The position numbers and the translations under genes are program-made. From positions 124,001 to 188,000 of the forward strand of contig JADIIX010000022.1 of assembly GCA_027604505.1 (NCBI GenBank): a stretch of DNA of 64,000 bases, read 5' to 3'. Below, piece after piece: positions 1-13,268 of the stretch; position 1 is the first letter of the stretch; the number at the start of each line of letters is the position of its first letter. The notes under the pieces were generated by a model. It saw nothing but the letters and a program-made list of their open reading frames with translations. It was not told the DNA's origin and did no database searches. Origin of the DNA: Gonapodya sp. JEL0774 (taxonomy: Eukaryota).

Positions 1-36
1 TCGTGGAACCCATTTGCTGCTGGCAGACGCCTTCAA

Positions 37-2918
37 ATGAGCTCTTCCAACACCACCACACCGGATATAATCATAGTATTTAGGTTCTCGAATGAATTCG
101 ACCGAGATTTAGCTAAAGATCAACGGAGGAAGAGAGTATGGGATGAAATTCATCAACGATTGTCCACCCCAATTCTTGGCGGCTTAATAGAGCTGAAGAT
201 GGTAGATGTCGAGAGAGTAGCGATCCTTGTGACCTGTAGCGACGATGCACTCTCAAAAGCGTTTCGAGAAGAAGGGTGAGTATATCTGTTCTTTTGCTTA
301 TCTCCTGATGCGTTCGTTTCATGTTATGTATCTGACTCACATAATGAACATTAAAGGATTCGCGAGTTTCTTTTCGGTGGACCTGCCTTTTTACTTCCTT
401 CCGTGCCTCTTGAGGAAATGACCCCGGCGACTCGTTGTCGGCTAGCATTCACCCTTATCACTTCTCCGAAATCCAAAGGCGGTGTTGGAATCGGCCTGCG
501 CGCTGGGGAGCAAGTTCAAGAAAACGGAGGGAGTATTGGACAAGCTGATTTGGTGGACGTTAGTGAGTTTGTGCCAAGCATTTTCCCGTTGATGGATATA
601 GAGTTCAACGAAGTGAGTGTGTATTACGGTGCAGACAGGGGCAGGTTGTCAATTAATAAGCATACTCATTCGCTCGACAGAAATGGGTGAATTCCTGGGC
701 GTTCAAGTACACCATCTCGACATCAGAGCTGGACGCGGTTCGTGATGTTTATGGCGAAGAGGTGGCGTACTATTGTGAGCTGTTGAGCAGGAAAACATCA
801 CGGCTTTTGTTAACTTTGCCACACTGCAGTTGCTTTTGAGTATTTTTATTTTCAATGGCTCATACCTATCGGTCTTCTCGGCGCCTTTGCCTGGGCCACG
901 GGCCTCGGGGAGTACCGAACGTGGTGGGCAGCGTCCGTGATCCTATGGGCAATCGCTTTCACTAGCTTTTGGTCTCGCCGTGCCGTGGATTTGAGCCATC
1001 GGTGGGGAACGTTCCACGTGCCAACAACTGAACCCCCCTTGCCAACATACAACGAAGAGAATCCATTTATCAACCCGTTCACCGGGAATCCTATCAACGT
1101 TAAGATTCCTCGTAGCTTCGTGGATCAGCTTTCCGTGGTTCTTGGGGTTGCGAGTGGCAGCCATGCTTTTGAGCGGATCCCAATCGGAACAGTTTTGACG
1201 ACCATGCTTGTTAGCTTTCCAGCGCAGTTTCTCGGATTCCTAGTGTTATTGATAGCAAACGCTGCTGTGTTCTCAGTGGATACCTGGGTGTTTGAGTACT
1301 ATAATGGCCCATGGAAAACCCTGATGACACTCCTTCCTTTGACGGCTTTCCTCATGACTGGGCCCCCGCTTGCGGCAGCTCTCACTTTGATGGCTCGGAA
1401 GCTAAATGGTCTTGAGAACTATCCAACAAATACCTCTCGAGATCGTAATTTGACTTTCAAGCTGTTCGCTGTAAGTGGGAACCAACAGGCATTCTACCCC
1501 CAGTTGCTCATTGAACGTTGTCATAGTGGAACGGCATGGCAGCGCTCTTTCCTGTCCTGTTCCTCATTTATGGTGTGTACTCGCTTTCGTTTTTGATGGC
1601 ACGTATCTCCACGTGGCTCGACTGATTGAACAAACTTCTGTGGATCGAATATCAACTGCAAGTATACATGCCTTTCAGCGGAAAAGTTTGGTGGTTGGGT
1701 AAGCCGCCCCGAAGAGAAAAACTCAAGCAATTGATCGTGAGTGAAGTCAAGAGCAAGCTGCGATTTCTGACCTGTAACACCTTACCGGTTTAAGATCCTT
1801 ATATTGGTAGTGAACCAACTTGTCGATATGGTGAGCATGGCATCCAATCCTTCATTTTTTCTATTCATTTCGTCAACTGGTTCTATTTTGTGCGTCAGCT
1901 CGTCGAAAACCTTCTCCCCCGTGTGTTGACAGCGCTGGGCAAGCAGGCAGAAGCGATTCAACGAAAGGGGGTTGGGAGAACGCTTTCAACTGACGGGATA
2001 AGAGTCGCGGCGAGCACGTTTAAGAGAATCAAGGATGAGTTCATGCAGAAATCATCTGGAGATGCCCTGTTGGATCAGATACGAGCAGAGTCTTTTCGGG
2101 ATACGTATGACGTATTCACGGATTTTGCTGAAATGACGATACAGGCGAGTGCTAGAAAGCAGTTGCAGCTCTCGACTCTTCTCCACATTGCGGTTATCAT
2201 TTGTTCACACAGTTTGGCAACGTTGTACTCTTTTCCGTTGCGTTCCCACTCGCTCCCTTGGTGGCAATGATCAACAACTATTTTGAGCTCCGCACGGACG
2301 CGGCAAAGTTTACTAAGCACATGAAGCGGCCGATTCCAAAGCGCGTTGCGGGAACACCGGCTTGGGAAGACGCAATGGTGAGTTGGGGGTTGTGAATCCT
2401 GTTTGTGGTTCTGACATCAGTTCTTGCAGGGTGTCCTGTGCTTTGGTGCGACACTGACAAATGCTACCCTGATAGCCTACTACACCACTGACTCCTGTGA
2501 CGGGCCGTGTACTGGACCTATACTTGTCGATTGGGGGGCAGTTGCAGCTGCCATGGTCGCTGCTCAGGTGTTCTTTCTTGCGGCCCGCCATTTGATTCAA
2601 ACTTTTGCGCAAAGTATTCCTATTGAAACAATCAAGGAGCAGGCGGAGCGTGAACGGGTGAAGAGAGCAGACTTGGTCTCGTCGATGGTGACGCACATGG
2701 ATACTGTCTCGTTTGCACCAACAGTTGAGTTACCTGCGAGTTTGTCGACCCTTCGGGTGATGTTGGAAGAAGTTAATGGAGGATTGACAGGAAAGCTGGA
2801 AGAGGGGAATCTATTACTCTCCACGCCAGAAGGAGAGGTGTCAGCGGACGAAGCTACATCGCTCTTCAGAAATGGAGAGCCGTCAGATTTCGGAGATGCG
2901 TATGGCACATTCAAATAG
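37..2918 (+). CDS. Anoctamin/TMEM16 family membrane protein (multi-exon)
   Basis: Spliced exons give family motifs: VRDVYGEEVAYY, DVFTDFAEMTIQ-FGNVVLFSVAFPLAPLVAMINNYFELRTDAAKF...RPIPKRVAGTPAW; several TM segments; GT-AG introns. Start may lie further upstream. Confidence 0.9.
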
Positions 2919-3067
2919 GAACGTAAGGAAACGTAATATGTATATGTTTGTAGTACTATCGAGAAGTAATATGACAAAAGTGCGGAACTTAAGTTTTGTG
3001 GTTTTGACCAGAGTTCGGAAAAAAAAGAATCGATCAGAACCGTGATAGTTACCGTCCTTTTGCCCCA

Positions 3068-3802
3068 ATGCTAGCACCAGCTTCTGTAGTGAATGACCCA
3101 GCTGTCGCTCCTTCGACGAGCATCCCCGAAGCGCAGCGGAATTCCACATTCTCGCACGCCATCACTCTCATCTTCACCCGATGGACTGCCCTTCAACTAT
3201 CCCTCCAGAACATTCGCGATGAGAAGGATACTCTCGCTCACATGCACTCAGAAACCCTGGATTTCTTTCGTCGGTACGGTGATCAAGTGTATCCAGATGA
3301 ACTGCGGGACAATTTTGAAACATACTTCGACCAAGTCTTCAATGTGGACTTGGAAGATGGTAGTGCCGCACAAGTCGGAAGGGAGCTCGTAAAACTTTAC
3401 AAGGAGATAGTGAAGGAGGGTAAAGCGGACTCCTACAACCGTCTGCGCGAGTTACTTGCCGGTCCTGGTGGCTCCAGCTCTGCCGCCGCCTCTCGCATTT
3501 TGAACCAGATTGTAGATGAGCAAGGAAATCCCGTAGAGGACGATAGTAGTGATGAGGATGATGACGATTGGAGGACTGACGACGGAAATGACATTACAGC
3601 ACCCACTGCGTCCGATGGTGTCCCTGGACCCGCGTTTTCAACCGCGTCCACTGCTGGTAGTCTGAGGAGCAGAATGCAGGATTTAATGGACGTTGACCCT
3701 GAGCCAGCCCAGCGGCAAGGGCGGCAAACTGTCTCAAAACGTGAGAAGCAAGTGGATGAGGACGGGTTTGAGCTTGTGTACAGTAAAGGAAAGAAGCGGT
3801 AG
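3068..3802 (+). CDS. TSR2: Pre-rRNA-processing protein TSR2
   Basis: 244 aa ORF with FSHAITLIFTRWTALQLSL, FNVDLEDGSAAQVG, an acidic stretch and C-terminal VDEDGFELVYSKGKKR. Confidence 0.88.
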   Translation: MLAPASVVNDPAVAPSTSIPEAQRNSTFSHAITLIFTRWTALQLSLQNIRDEKDTLAHMHSETLDFFRRYGDQVYPDELRDNFETYFDQVFNVDLEDGSAAQVGRELVKLYKEIVKEGKADSYNRLRELLAGPGGSSSAAASRILNQIVDEQGNPVEDDSSDEDDDDWRTDDGNDITAPTASDGVPGPAFSTASTAGSLRSRMQDLMDVDPEPAQRQGRQTVSKREKQVDEDGFELVYSKGKKR

Positions 3803-3906
3803 TCACTGAAGTACCGTGAGATAGGTGACTAGATGCATTAAAAATACTGATGTTTGAACAACTTCCGATGAACTACATATTCGGCGCGAACGTCCTCAAA
3901 ACCAAT

Positions 3907-4866
3907 TCAAGTGAACACCATCACGTACTCCTCGTCGGAAAGACCCTCCTGTTCCCATCCTATCAAAAGATCTTGACAATACCGGTTCGGAACACTCGCC
4001 GGGGTGGTCGATTGTGCGGTGGGCACGGAAGGCTGTCCGTCCAACGTTGCCAGGACGGAGGCGTCCAGATGGTCTAGAGGGTCCTCATCAAAAGAGTCGA
4101 AAACGCTATCAAAGGAGGATGTAGTCCCCTCTTGGTCATTGCCCGGCTCGGAAGAGATTGGATTTGTGTGTGACGCCTGCGGATATGGTGAAGGTGGTCC
4201 GACAGGCGCAGCATGTGCTGTAGTAGACGCATCCGGGGGGAGTGTTGCATGAGAGTGCGAAGAAGCAGTCGAAGGGTCGGCGTTTTCATCTTGCGAACGG
4301 AGTGTCCTCTTCTGCTTATTCTCAACACCGTAAGCACCATCCACCCCAGTGTCCGCCGCTTGCCGAAGAATTCCGTACTGTGTCTGGGTTTCTGATGCAA
4401 TGAACGAGCAGCCACTACTTTTATTTGCCAAAATGGAGCGCTCTGAAGGTCCCAGTGTTGAATATCCCACCCTCCTTTCCACCTTCCAGTCCCCCTTCCT
4501 CAAACCGCCTAGAGTCTGCGATCGTACAAGCCTCACTGGCCCCAAAATTCGCGCATCTAAAGAGTGCTCTCGAGATATTGTCCCCAATAGCTCAGCCTTG
4601 AGTCTGCATACGCGCACATCCGACAGAGTCGTGATTCGAGCGACGCGGCTGGTAAGAGCGGACCCTATGCGTCCAATTGTTTTTCGAATCTCTTTTCGCT
4701 GGGCCTTCGTCGTGCGTCTGCGAGAAATTTGATCGTGCTCGGGTCCAGAGTTGTCTGGGCATGAGGGAATGGTTTGCTCGAGAGGAGATGAACAATCGTT
4801 TCTGATGAGTATCGACGTACCGAGAAGCATAACTTGATCGTCATTGTTGTCGCCAGTGTTTGGCAT
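3907..4866 (-). CDS. Hypothetical protein, intronless 319 aa ORF
   Basis: Long ATG-started ORF with S/T/D-rich C-half; no domain recognised. Confidence 0.45.
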   Translation of the reverse strand: MPNTGDNNDDQVMLLGTSILIRNDCSSPLEQTIPSCPDNSGPEHDQISRRRTTKAQRKEIRKTIGRIGSALTSRVARITTLSDVRVCRLKAELLGTISREHSLDARILGPVRLVRSQTLGGLRKGDWKVERRVGYSTLGPSERSILANKSSGCSFIASETQTQYGILRQAADTGVDGAYGVENKQKRTLRSQDENADPSTASSHSHATLPPDASTTAHAAPVGPPSPYPQASHTNPISSEPGNDQEGTTSSFDSVFDSFDEDPLDHLDASVLATLDGQPSVPTAQSTTPASVPNRYCQDLLIGWEQEGLSDEEYVMVFT

Positions 4867-5947
4867 GGTCAGACGGGGTTTGTTTCATGCAGAGTGAAAT
4901 GGTTAGGGGCAGCCACCTCCGGCACTGGAGCCAAACTCGTCCAACTTCCCAAAATAATTCCATAGAACTTTCTCTCTAGTTTCACCGCTAAGATGCTTTT
5001 GTGGCTTTGAGAGTTTGTACCACTATCTCGCTTGTATTTTACTGTCAAACTGCAGAAGAACAGATTTAGGTCTTGCTTAAACGCATGTCGGCTCATTGCA
5101 ACGTCCACCAAAGTATGTCATATTTATCATCCACCCTCTCTCAAACACTCCACCTCACGAAACCAGGCGTGAATATCCCACATTGTAAGCAAGCTACAGG
5201 TGAGCATTACGTGGAACGCCACTTTACCTTACCCAACATAATACCTATACTGTCACACTCACTGGGAGAATGCGAGATCACATTGATCCGGAATACGCCA
5301 ACATTGTTCAAGAGTGTCTGTCTTTCGGCGTGCAGGTGGCATTCGTTTGTACATCTGTATCGTATGGCTGGCCGGTGACGGACTCACTGCAGTATTGCTT
5401 TCGCCCAATAGGGCACAACAAATAGGTAATAAGCGAACACCGCTCACGGGGAGTGGGGGACGGGTGGACATTTTAGCACATTGATCTGGAGGCGCTCTCC
5501 GGGATAACTGTATATTCATGACCAGGCCTGCCGCCGGTTGGACTGCTGTTACCAGACTCGCAAAAATTCATGGATGAACATAGCACACAAAGGGCAATTC
5601 CCATTTACCTATGTACGGAAAACCTTTTATGGTTGCCACAGAGGATGATTTGTAGGCTTTTGCCCTGTGTGTCTGAGAATTAAAACATGTCTTTTTCAGA
5701 CAAACCAACACAATTACATATTAGAGTTCGCCCACAGACAGTCCAACACGAATTTCAATGAATGTGCTACTGTTGAGAGGTCTTGTTTGTCCCCCATGGC
5801 AAACTACCACACCATTGTGGGCTAACAACTTTTCCGGCTTCAAAGCACGGAAGGTGGAGAATCCTAAAAACCCTCCCCCACACGGTCAAATAAAAGACAA
5901 AACCGAACCTTCAGCCACTTCTGATCCAATCCCACATCTCGAACACA

Positions 5948-8879
5948 ATGTCGGATGAACATCTGAAGATGGAAGGAGACGAGGACAGGTCTGCGGCATC
6001 CTGGTCTCGCGAGGAAGAGGCGGCGCTTGTTCGCAAGTTGGATTTGAGGCTTATGCCGTTCGCAATGTCCATGTTCTTCGTTGCTTATCTCGAGTGAGCG
6101 TCTGGACCGTTTGCGATCGCTTGCAAAAGCCGAGAAAATCACCGATGCCCCTTTTGTCTCCAGTCGAGGCAACATTTCCAACGCTCGAACGGCAAACGGA
6201 ACCGCCGGACCTGACAGTAAGCTCATGATGAACACACAAATCTTCCACGAACTCTAACATCTTCTTTTTGTACAGGTTTTGAGGCCTCCCTCGGAAGTTA
6301 GTACCGCACTGAACTGGTCCCCTCCCGCCCTCTCCGCTGTGGGGGACATTCACTCACACGATTATAATTCTTTTCGTGAAATCTCATTTCGGACATCCCT
6401 TATCAGTGTCTGGCAACGACTTCCAATTCTGTGTTTCAATTTTCTTCGGTATGGGCAGATGTGTTTCGTGACTGTGATCTCACCGTCAATCTAATTGCCA
6501 CTTTTGACCATGATAAGTGACCTACATTCTTTTCGAGGTGGGTTCACAATCACCACTCCAACAAAAGAAGTTCTAAAACTGACGGGATTCACCTGCGACA
6601 CAGGTTCCCTCTAACATGTAAGCCCTGTTCATCCCAAGCAACGGACATCAGCTCATCTTGGACTTGCGTCAATCAGGGTTCTCAAATACTTTACTCCTCG
6701 TGTCTGGTTCACTCGTATTATGTTCACGGTATGTAATCGGGTAGTTATTATCTTGCGGGGAATCCCTTGTTATATCTTTTGTTTTGGTTCCAAACCGTTT
6801 CAGTGGGGTGTAACGTCGGCTTGCCAAGCTGCCTGCAACAACAAGACTGGTATCATTGTTTGCCGACTGCTGGTTGGCGTCGCAGTGAGTTGTTAAGTCG
6901 GTACGTATGTACGCGATGGCATTCTCAGATAGTTGCTTGCCGTTCTTAGGAAGCCGGTCTGCTTCCCGGACTCCTCTTTTGGATTGGGTACGTATCAAAG
7001 TACGCCAGTGGCTTTTCCTGACTGTTCTGAAACACAGCTCTCCCAATCCAGGTTCTGGTACCGCAAATACGAAATCGCCACCCGAACTGCCCTCATCCAC
7101 GGGATGCTGGCATTCTCCAGTGCTTTCGCTGGTCTCATTGCGACAGGAAGTGAGACTATGATTGCTTTTAGGATTGTCTGGAGAGCAAACACTGAAACCC
7201 CAGTTCAACATAGTCGGCAGGATGAACGGAACTGCTGGTCTGCCGACTTGGCGCTGGATCTTTATTGTGAGATTATCTCTCGGTTTTCTTACTGTTGTTT
7301 AAGTTTCTCAAACCGTATTCTCCGGGGTTCCTTAGATCGAGGTACACATGCTGCACAGTTCCCGACAATCTAAAAGCTAACATGGAATTTTTTTTTTGGA
7401 AAGGCCATTCCTTCAATCGTGCTTTGTATCGCGACGATTATTTGGATGCCTAACTTCCCCCATACTTCCCAGAATTTCCTGGTTCGTGATGGAAACTGAC
7501 CTACGTAAAACGTACCACTGCCGTCTTAACACGACGAATTTGGAACCCATAGTCCCCTCGCGAAATGCAGATTGCGATTGCACGTCTGCCACCTTCGGCA
7601 CCAAGTCACCTCCAGAAGCACTTTGACAGGGTGCGTCTCAAAGTTCAGAATATCATCATCTTGTCTCTAAAGTCATGCCAATCCCTTCTTCCAGACAATT
7701 TTCCTCGAGACAATCAAGGATCCGATGAACTTGATCTACCCAGTGTTCTTTGCAATTGGTGTCATCCCTCAGCTAGCTCTTCAATATTTTATTGTGAGTT
7801 GCTCAGTGTATGTTGATGTTTTGCGTATCCACTGATTCGTTGCTTTTTCGATAGCCCACAATCTTGCAAGGCATGGGTTATACTGGTGCCCTCAGGTGCG
7901 CAGTTGGAAGATTGTATACAACACTTCGATTTTCAATGACCCAAAACATATGCTTTTCACTTGTCAATCATTAGCAACCTCATGTCCGCCCCACCAAAGT
8001 GAGTTCAGCCTCGAATTGCGTATTGACCTCAACCTAACGGTTCCTTCGTGTATACCTTGTACCTTGAAGCCTTTACGCTTTCATCCTCGAAATCGCCAAT
8101 GCCGTTCACTCTGACTACACTCAGGAGCGTGTGCTCCACATTCTCTGGCCTGCAACCTTCGGTTTGATTGGGTACGTTCTCCTCCCCATCTCGGGTCAGA
8201 ATGGATGGCCTGTGGGCTCTAGGTACTTCCTCCTGTTTGTCGCCAACACTGGTATGTACAGGTCTCTTTTTGAAAGCACGGTGCTTTCGACTGGTATGAA
8301 TACCTCAACATCCTTCAGGTATTGCCAATGCGCCGGCCTGGTACTCGTGGAGGCAAAACATGACTATTGGCGCCACAGCCGTTGCATTTGTTATGGGTTG
8401 GACCAACTCTGGTAAGTTCGGGTCATGCCCCAACGAAACCATCAATGAAGTTCACACCTGCTGGTCTTGAATCACCAGTTGTGAACATTGCTGGTGCCGT
8501 CTCGCCCTTCCTCTTCCCTACCGCCGATGCACCCGTTTTCTACCAGACTGGTGGCTTTGTTGGGTAAGTGGATGTGCCGTGGTAGTTTTAAACCTTGAGC
8601 ACTAAAGTATCCTTGTCTTTGTTTCCTCATTCCAGTGCTGGTTGCTTTGCCATTTCCATGGTTGGCGCGGTTGTCGTTTACTTGTTAGTTTTGTCTTCTT
8701 TTTCCTGGGCAGGTTGTTTTCTGTGTTTTCTCACTTATGTTTTCCTCTTTGCCAAATCTAGCTATGACAACTACCGCCGCAAGAATGGATACTACGACGC
8801 CATAGAGGCCGAAGCGAAACGTGAGCTCGAGAACATGAACGCAATGTTCGAAAGGGAGGCCGGTTTCGGAAAGGCGTGA
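5948..8879 (+). CDS. MFS transporter, anion:cation symporter (Dal5/Tna1-like) family, many micro-exons
   Basis: MSDEHLK...EEAALVRKLDLRLMPF, RGNISNAR, FWYRKYEIATRTALIHGMLAFSSAFAGLIA, ERVLHILWPATFGLIGY, VNIAGAVSPFLF; ends FGKA-TGA. Confidence 0.88.
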
Positions 8880-9468
8880 GGCAAGCGGTTGCTCGTCGTC
8901 AATTCATTGTTTATGTATATGTTTTTGTAAATGGTGAAACTTCAATTGACACATTGAAATGCGGAGGCTGTCGCACTGCACTCTATTTATTGCAAATCTG
9001 TGCAGAAAGAGAATGTAAATGCCCACAGTGACACTTCGATCACGCCTTCAACATTATGTACGTGGGCTGCTGAACTGACTGGCGACATTTTTTCATGAGC
9101 AGATTCTGAGTTGACAATTCCTTTGATGAGGAGGAATCGTTTTTCATGCCAACCTTAATAGATTGAGCTTTCACTGCGATTTCATGAACACCCCTGACAA
9201 ATAACTGGACATGTTGGTGATACAACAACAATTAACAGCAAAGACGAATACTACATACAAATTATTTGAACTGGCACAGCAAGCAAACAAAGCGTATACT
9301 CCAATAAGAACAGATGGAAAACAGAACCAACGCCGCCATCCATCTCTCCCTTTCCTGTGCAAAATATTGACGTGGATGTGTCGTTTATTTACATCTCTCT
9401 CTTCCGAGCTCTTCCAAACTCATTCCCTCACCGCCACTTCCTTTCCTGCCAAGCCAAAACGTGCGCGC

Positions 9469-11370
9469 TCAGTTCAGCGCGAACGACTTCCTGAACGCTC
9501 CTCCGGGACCCCAAACCCTCCTATTAGTCTTGTTCCTCAGAGTGGCCGGTGGCGGATACGGCTGGGAACCCATCACTCCTGTCTTCGCCGGCTCTGGCAA
9601 CATCCTGAATGTCGGCAGTCTCACCGGACCCACGGTGGGAGGCAACTGCTCCTCCACTGCGGCAAACTCTGAGGCCTCCAGCTTCAACTCAAAAGTGAAC
9701 GCTCGATGGTGTTGCTCAACTACCATGCTCATTCCGGACTGAATCGCGCAGATCTTGGCGTGGGCCTCGTCCCACGCAGCCCACTCCTCGGCCGTAGGGG
9801 AGGACTGGCATGCCAATACGGGGTCGAAAAGATTGTACTCATCGATGTCCCTAAGCGTGACTTGATCGTCCATGTCTGCATCAGAAGCCGCGGCGATTGG
9901 GGCGGTGGCGGCTGAGGGGACGACATTTTCGGCGGTAAAAGTGGTGGCGTTTGCGAACAGCACCGCACGGGTTGTTTCGGACACCTTGATGGGGACCCTT
10001 GCTCCAGGTAGCGGACCGTGAGCAGGCGTCATGGGGTTCTTATGCCGTGGCGGGGTCGGTGGGACTTCGGACTCGGTACTGGCGGTGGCACTCTGTGTGG
10101 CGCTCATGATGGTAAAGGGAGTGGAGTTTGGTGTGGGTGCGTGGTGGGTGCTTGCGACATCGAAGCCAACTTGGACGCGGCGGACGGAATCGGGAGAGTG
10201 AGCCCAAGGGAAGAGCACTGAGTGACGTTGTACGTTCCAACGGTTTTGTCAGACAACATATTTGTAATGCTCCGTTTGTATCACAAACAACATGAAAATT
10301 TCGCGAACATACATCGACAAGTTGGAGCCTTGTAGGTGCCTCCAATCTTCGTTGGCGGGGTCCACTCCTCGGAGCTGGTTGGAGACACCAAGGGGGCACC
10401 TATATGCGGCGTGCTCGCGGTCGCGGTGGTCTGAGTATTTCCAACGTCCACCAAGTCGTCTAAGTAGTTGGGCGTTCGGGGAGAAAGCGAAGACGGAAGG
10501 TTAAAGGGGGCAAAACTGGTACTGTGGTTGTGGGAGGCATCGCATGTTGACAGTGCTTCGTCCAATTTGGATCGATTCGAGTTTGAGTCCTTGTCGCTGT
10601 CAGTGTAAGGGTTGCATCCTATGTTCGCGTTCACACCCGCAGCTGCTGTTACATTGTTTAGACGGAGCTGGTCGCATTGTGCTGCGAGTTTGTGGGCCGT
10701 GGATTCCGAGTCAGCGAGGCGCATTCGGGTGTACTCGAGGTCCGCGTTAGCAGAGCTCAGAAGCGATGCGAGTGAGGTGCATTCGGTGGTTTTGACGGCG
10801 AGTTGGTTTTGGAGTTTGGTGAACTCTTGGCGGAGGCTGGAGGAGGGTTGGGTGCATGAAAAGATAGGAGGAATGAGGTCGCGGGCATGTGAGCTTCTTT
10901 CTAAGATCAAGCGATAGAAAGAGCATCGGAGATTAATCTTACCATTCGAGTTGCCGCGAGGCGTCGAGCTCCAGTTGGCGGGAAGCCGACAGCTCGTGTT
11001 CGAGTTCGGACACTTTGTGGGTCAGATCCGCGCTCCACACTGGGGGGGGACCCGGATTCGATTGCTGTAGAATGATTTCTTTGATTATTGGGCCTAGATG
11101 GTGGATGATTGCCGATAGGGACGCCACGTCATGAGAAGCCCAACACAGGTGGAGCTCCCGGCAAACTCAGTCGAATTTACCAGCATTTTCTCGCAAATAC
11201 GAGTCCACGATCCGTTGTACAGTGCTTACAAGATCATTTGGAGGTGCTGAAACGGTTGGCGCCGGCGGATTAAGACGGGAGCTCCCCGCAATGATACGAG
11301 GCAATCCTTCCAATTGAAGTCGTTGATTCCGGGGGTTATCCGGAAGAGCCCGCCCGGAAAGCGTATCCAT
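9469..11370 (-). CDS. Orphan family protein, copy 1 (about 4 exons; coiled coil plus low-complexity C-half)
   Basis: ORFs 11167-11370, 10939-11127, 10281-10910 and 9469-10218 are separated by GT-AG introns and share motifs with the genes at 15.1 and 19.1 kb (NDL.STVQR..DSYLRENAG, KVSELE, STESEVPPTPPR, DPV..Q.SP.AEEWA.WD.AH, GSQPYP). Confidence 0.7.
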
Positions 11371-11827
11371 GATATAGTTTAGCGAGAATCTGGCGTTGAT
11401 TGGGTACCAGAGCGACGAATCAAAGATTTGGAAAATGGGTAGTTGGTGGGAAATGGAGGATCAGGAGCCCCGGCCCGTGCGGTCAGCCCTTTTGGGCGGC
11501 GAAGCTCTCAACGCTGAATTTGCAATCCCAGACTTTGGAGGCTGGATATCTCGGTATAGTGGCATTTTCCACACGAAATTGTCTCGACGACCCCGCGAGA
11601 AGCTCAGTTTTGCTTATGGTGAGTCCTTCGTATCCTATGATAGAAGGGTTACATCTGTGTGCTTGAGTATAATCGATGTATGACTAAGCGAGCGAAATTT
11701 TTCAGATGTGGTGTCGGATTTATGGGGACAAATGTTCAGTGACGGTGTTGGGTGGTGGCATGAACCACCCCACACTTCTGGCGAGTACATATCGATTTCA
11801 GTTTTGTAAAAAACACTCAGAACTACG

Positions 11828-13268
11828 ATGGCGTTCGAAGACGATGAAATTCCCCACAGGTATGTTGCTAGCCCCCTTGCTCGCTTGCTCGGCCAGTTTC
11901 GACCTCCTTGCCGGTTCCGATCGCTCGTGTTCACGCGACCTCCCATCGCCAGCGCACGTGTGGCCGGTTTGCACTACGCTCCACCGATTTCGCACCTTCT
12001 TGGCCCTGACGGCTCTATTGCTCCAGCGCGAACCCCGAGGAATCCCTCTACTGTTCCACCGTCAATCAAGGTCACGCCAGTTGGTGTCGTGCCCCACAAT
12101 CCGTCTTGGAACCCTGCTCAGCACAGGGACTCCTTGACCACAAAGAAGATTGCACCCACAGGAAGAGTCTTGGGGTCTCGGAGGAGGCAGCGGTGGGAGG
12201 TGATTTTAGCTCCTCCAGATTTTGCTCGGTCTTGCTGGTTACTGTGTGACCCCGTATCATGGGGCATTCTGACTTCTGACCTACTCTATTCCTCGATCCT
12301 GTCTACTCCCACGCACGAATCAAAGAACAACCATTTCGTCAACCACCCCCTCCACCCATCCCTTGGTGATATCACACCCGAAGACTACAGGCCATCACAA
12401 CACAACACCCTCCACATCCCAAGCGCCTTCCTACTCCTCGCATCGAGTCCATCCCTCGCGCGTCACCTCGCCCAACTCGAAGCTTCGTCTGGCAACGCCG
12501 ATTTATCTCCCTCCTCCAGTCGCACCACCCACACGACACAGGCCGGCCCGGGCCCGCACAACTTGACGCGCGCGGACCGCGACGCCGTAGCGGCATTGCG
12601 TAGGCTTTCCCACGATGTCAAATCATCCATTGATGCCTTCGAGTGCCAGCTTGTCAAATTTCTTGACCGCACAACCGGATCCCCCCCTGACTCGGACATT
12701 GAAACCGATCTCGACACCGAATCCGAATCCACGTCCGAATTTGATCCCGAACTCGCCGCGGAAGAGGACTGGGAAGTCGTTAAAGCACCGAAGAAGCTCG
12801 CTGCAGAGGCGGAGCGGCATGATATGCTGGTCTGGCGAATTGAGGACCCGTTTTTAAGGCTTGCCGCGCATGTCCTGTGCAGATTTTATGGGGTCGTGTC
12901 TCGTGAGTCAAGATTCTGATGGCTGTTTGGTGGTTTAGTCCACGTGTGCCTATCGACTGCGATTCAGCTTCAGAGGGTCTGTCGGCACAAACTAAACGAG
13001 GTTTGGAGCCTGGGCGAGCCCAGTTGTACATCGCTCCTGAACCCTGCCTTGGGACGCTGGGATCCGTCGTTCGCCGCAGTTTTCTGATCATCCTTCCAAC
13101 CCTCCCTCCGCACCCCCAACAGGGTCTAAATCCCATCGCGGGAAACGTCTGACCTATGTTCGCGCCCCTCGCGCGGTAGGTGCTGGCGCTAGCGCAGGTG
13201 GACGGGGAAAGGCCCCCGCCGTGGGAGGCAGGGGCAGGAGGCCCTTTTCGGAAATGGTTTTTGCCTGA
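11828..13268 (+). CDS. R3H-associated/R3H domain protein (R3HDM4-like)
   Basis: GSRRRQRWE-NNHF motif, and LVWRIEDPFLRLAAHVLCRFYGVVS (R3H); likely last exon ...GKRLTYV...FA-TGA via an acceptor near 13078. Confidence 0.75.
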
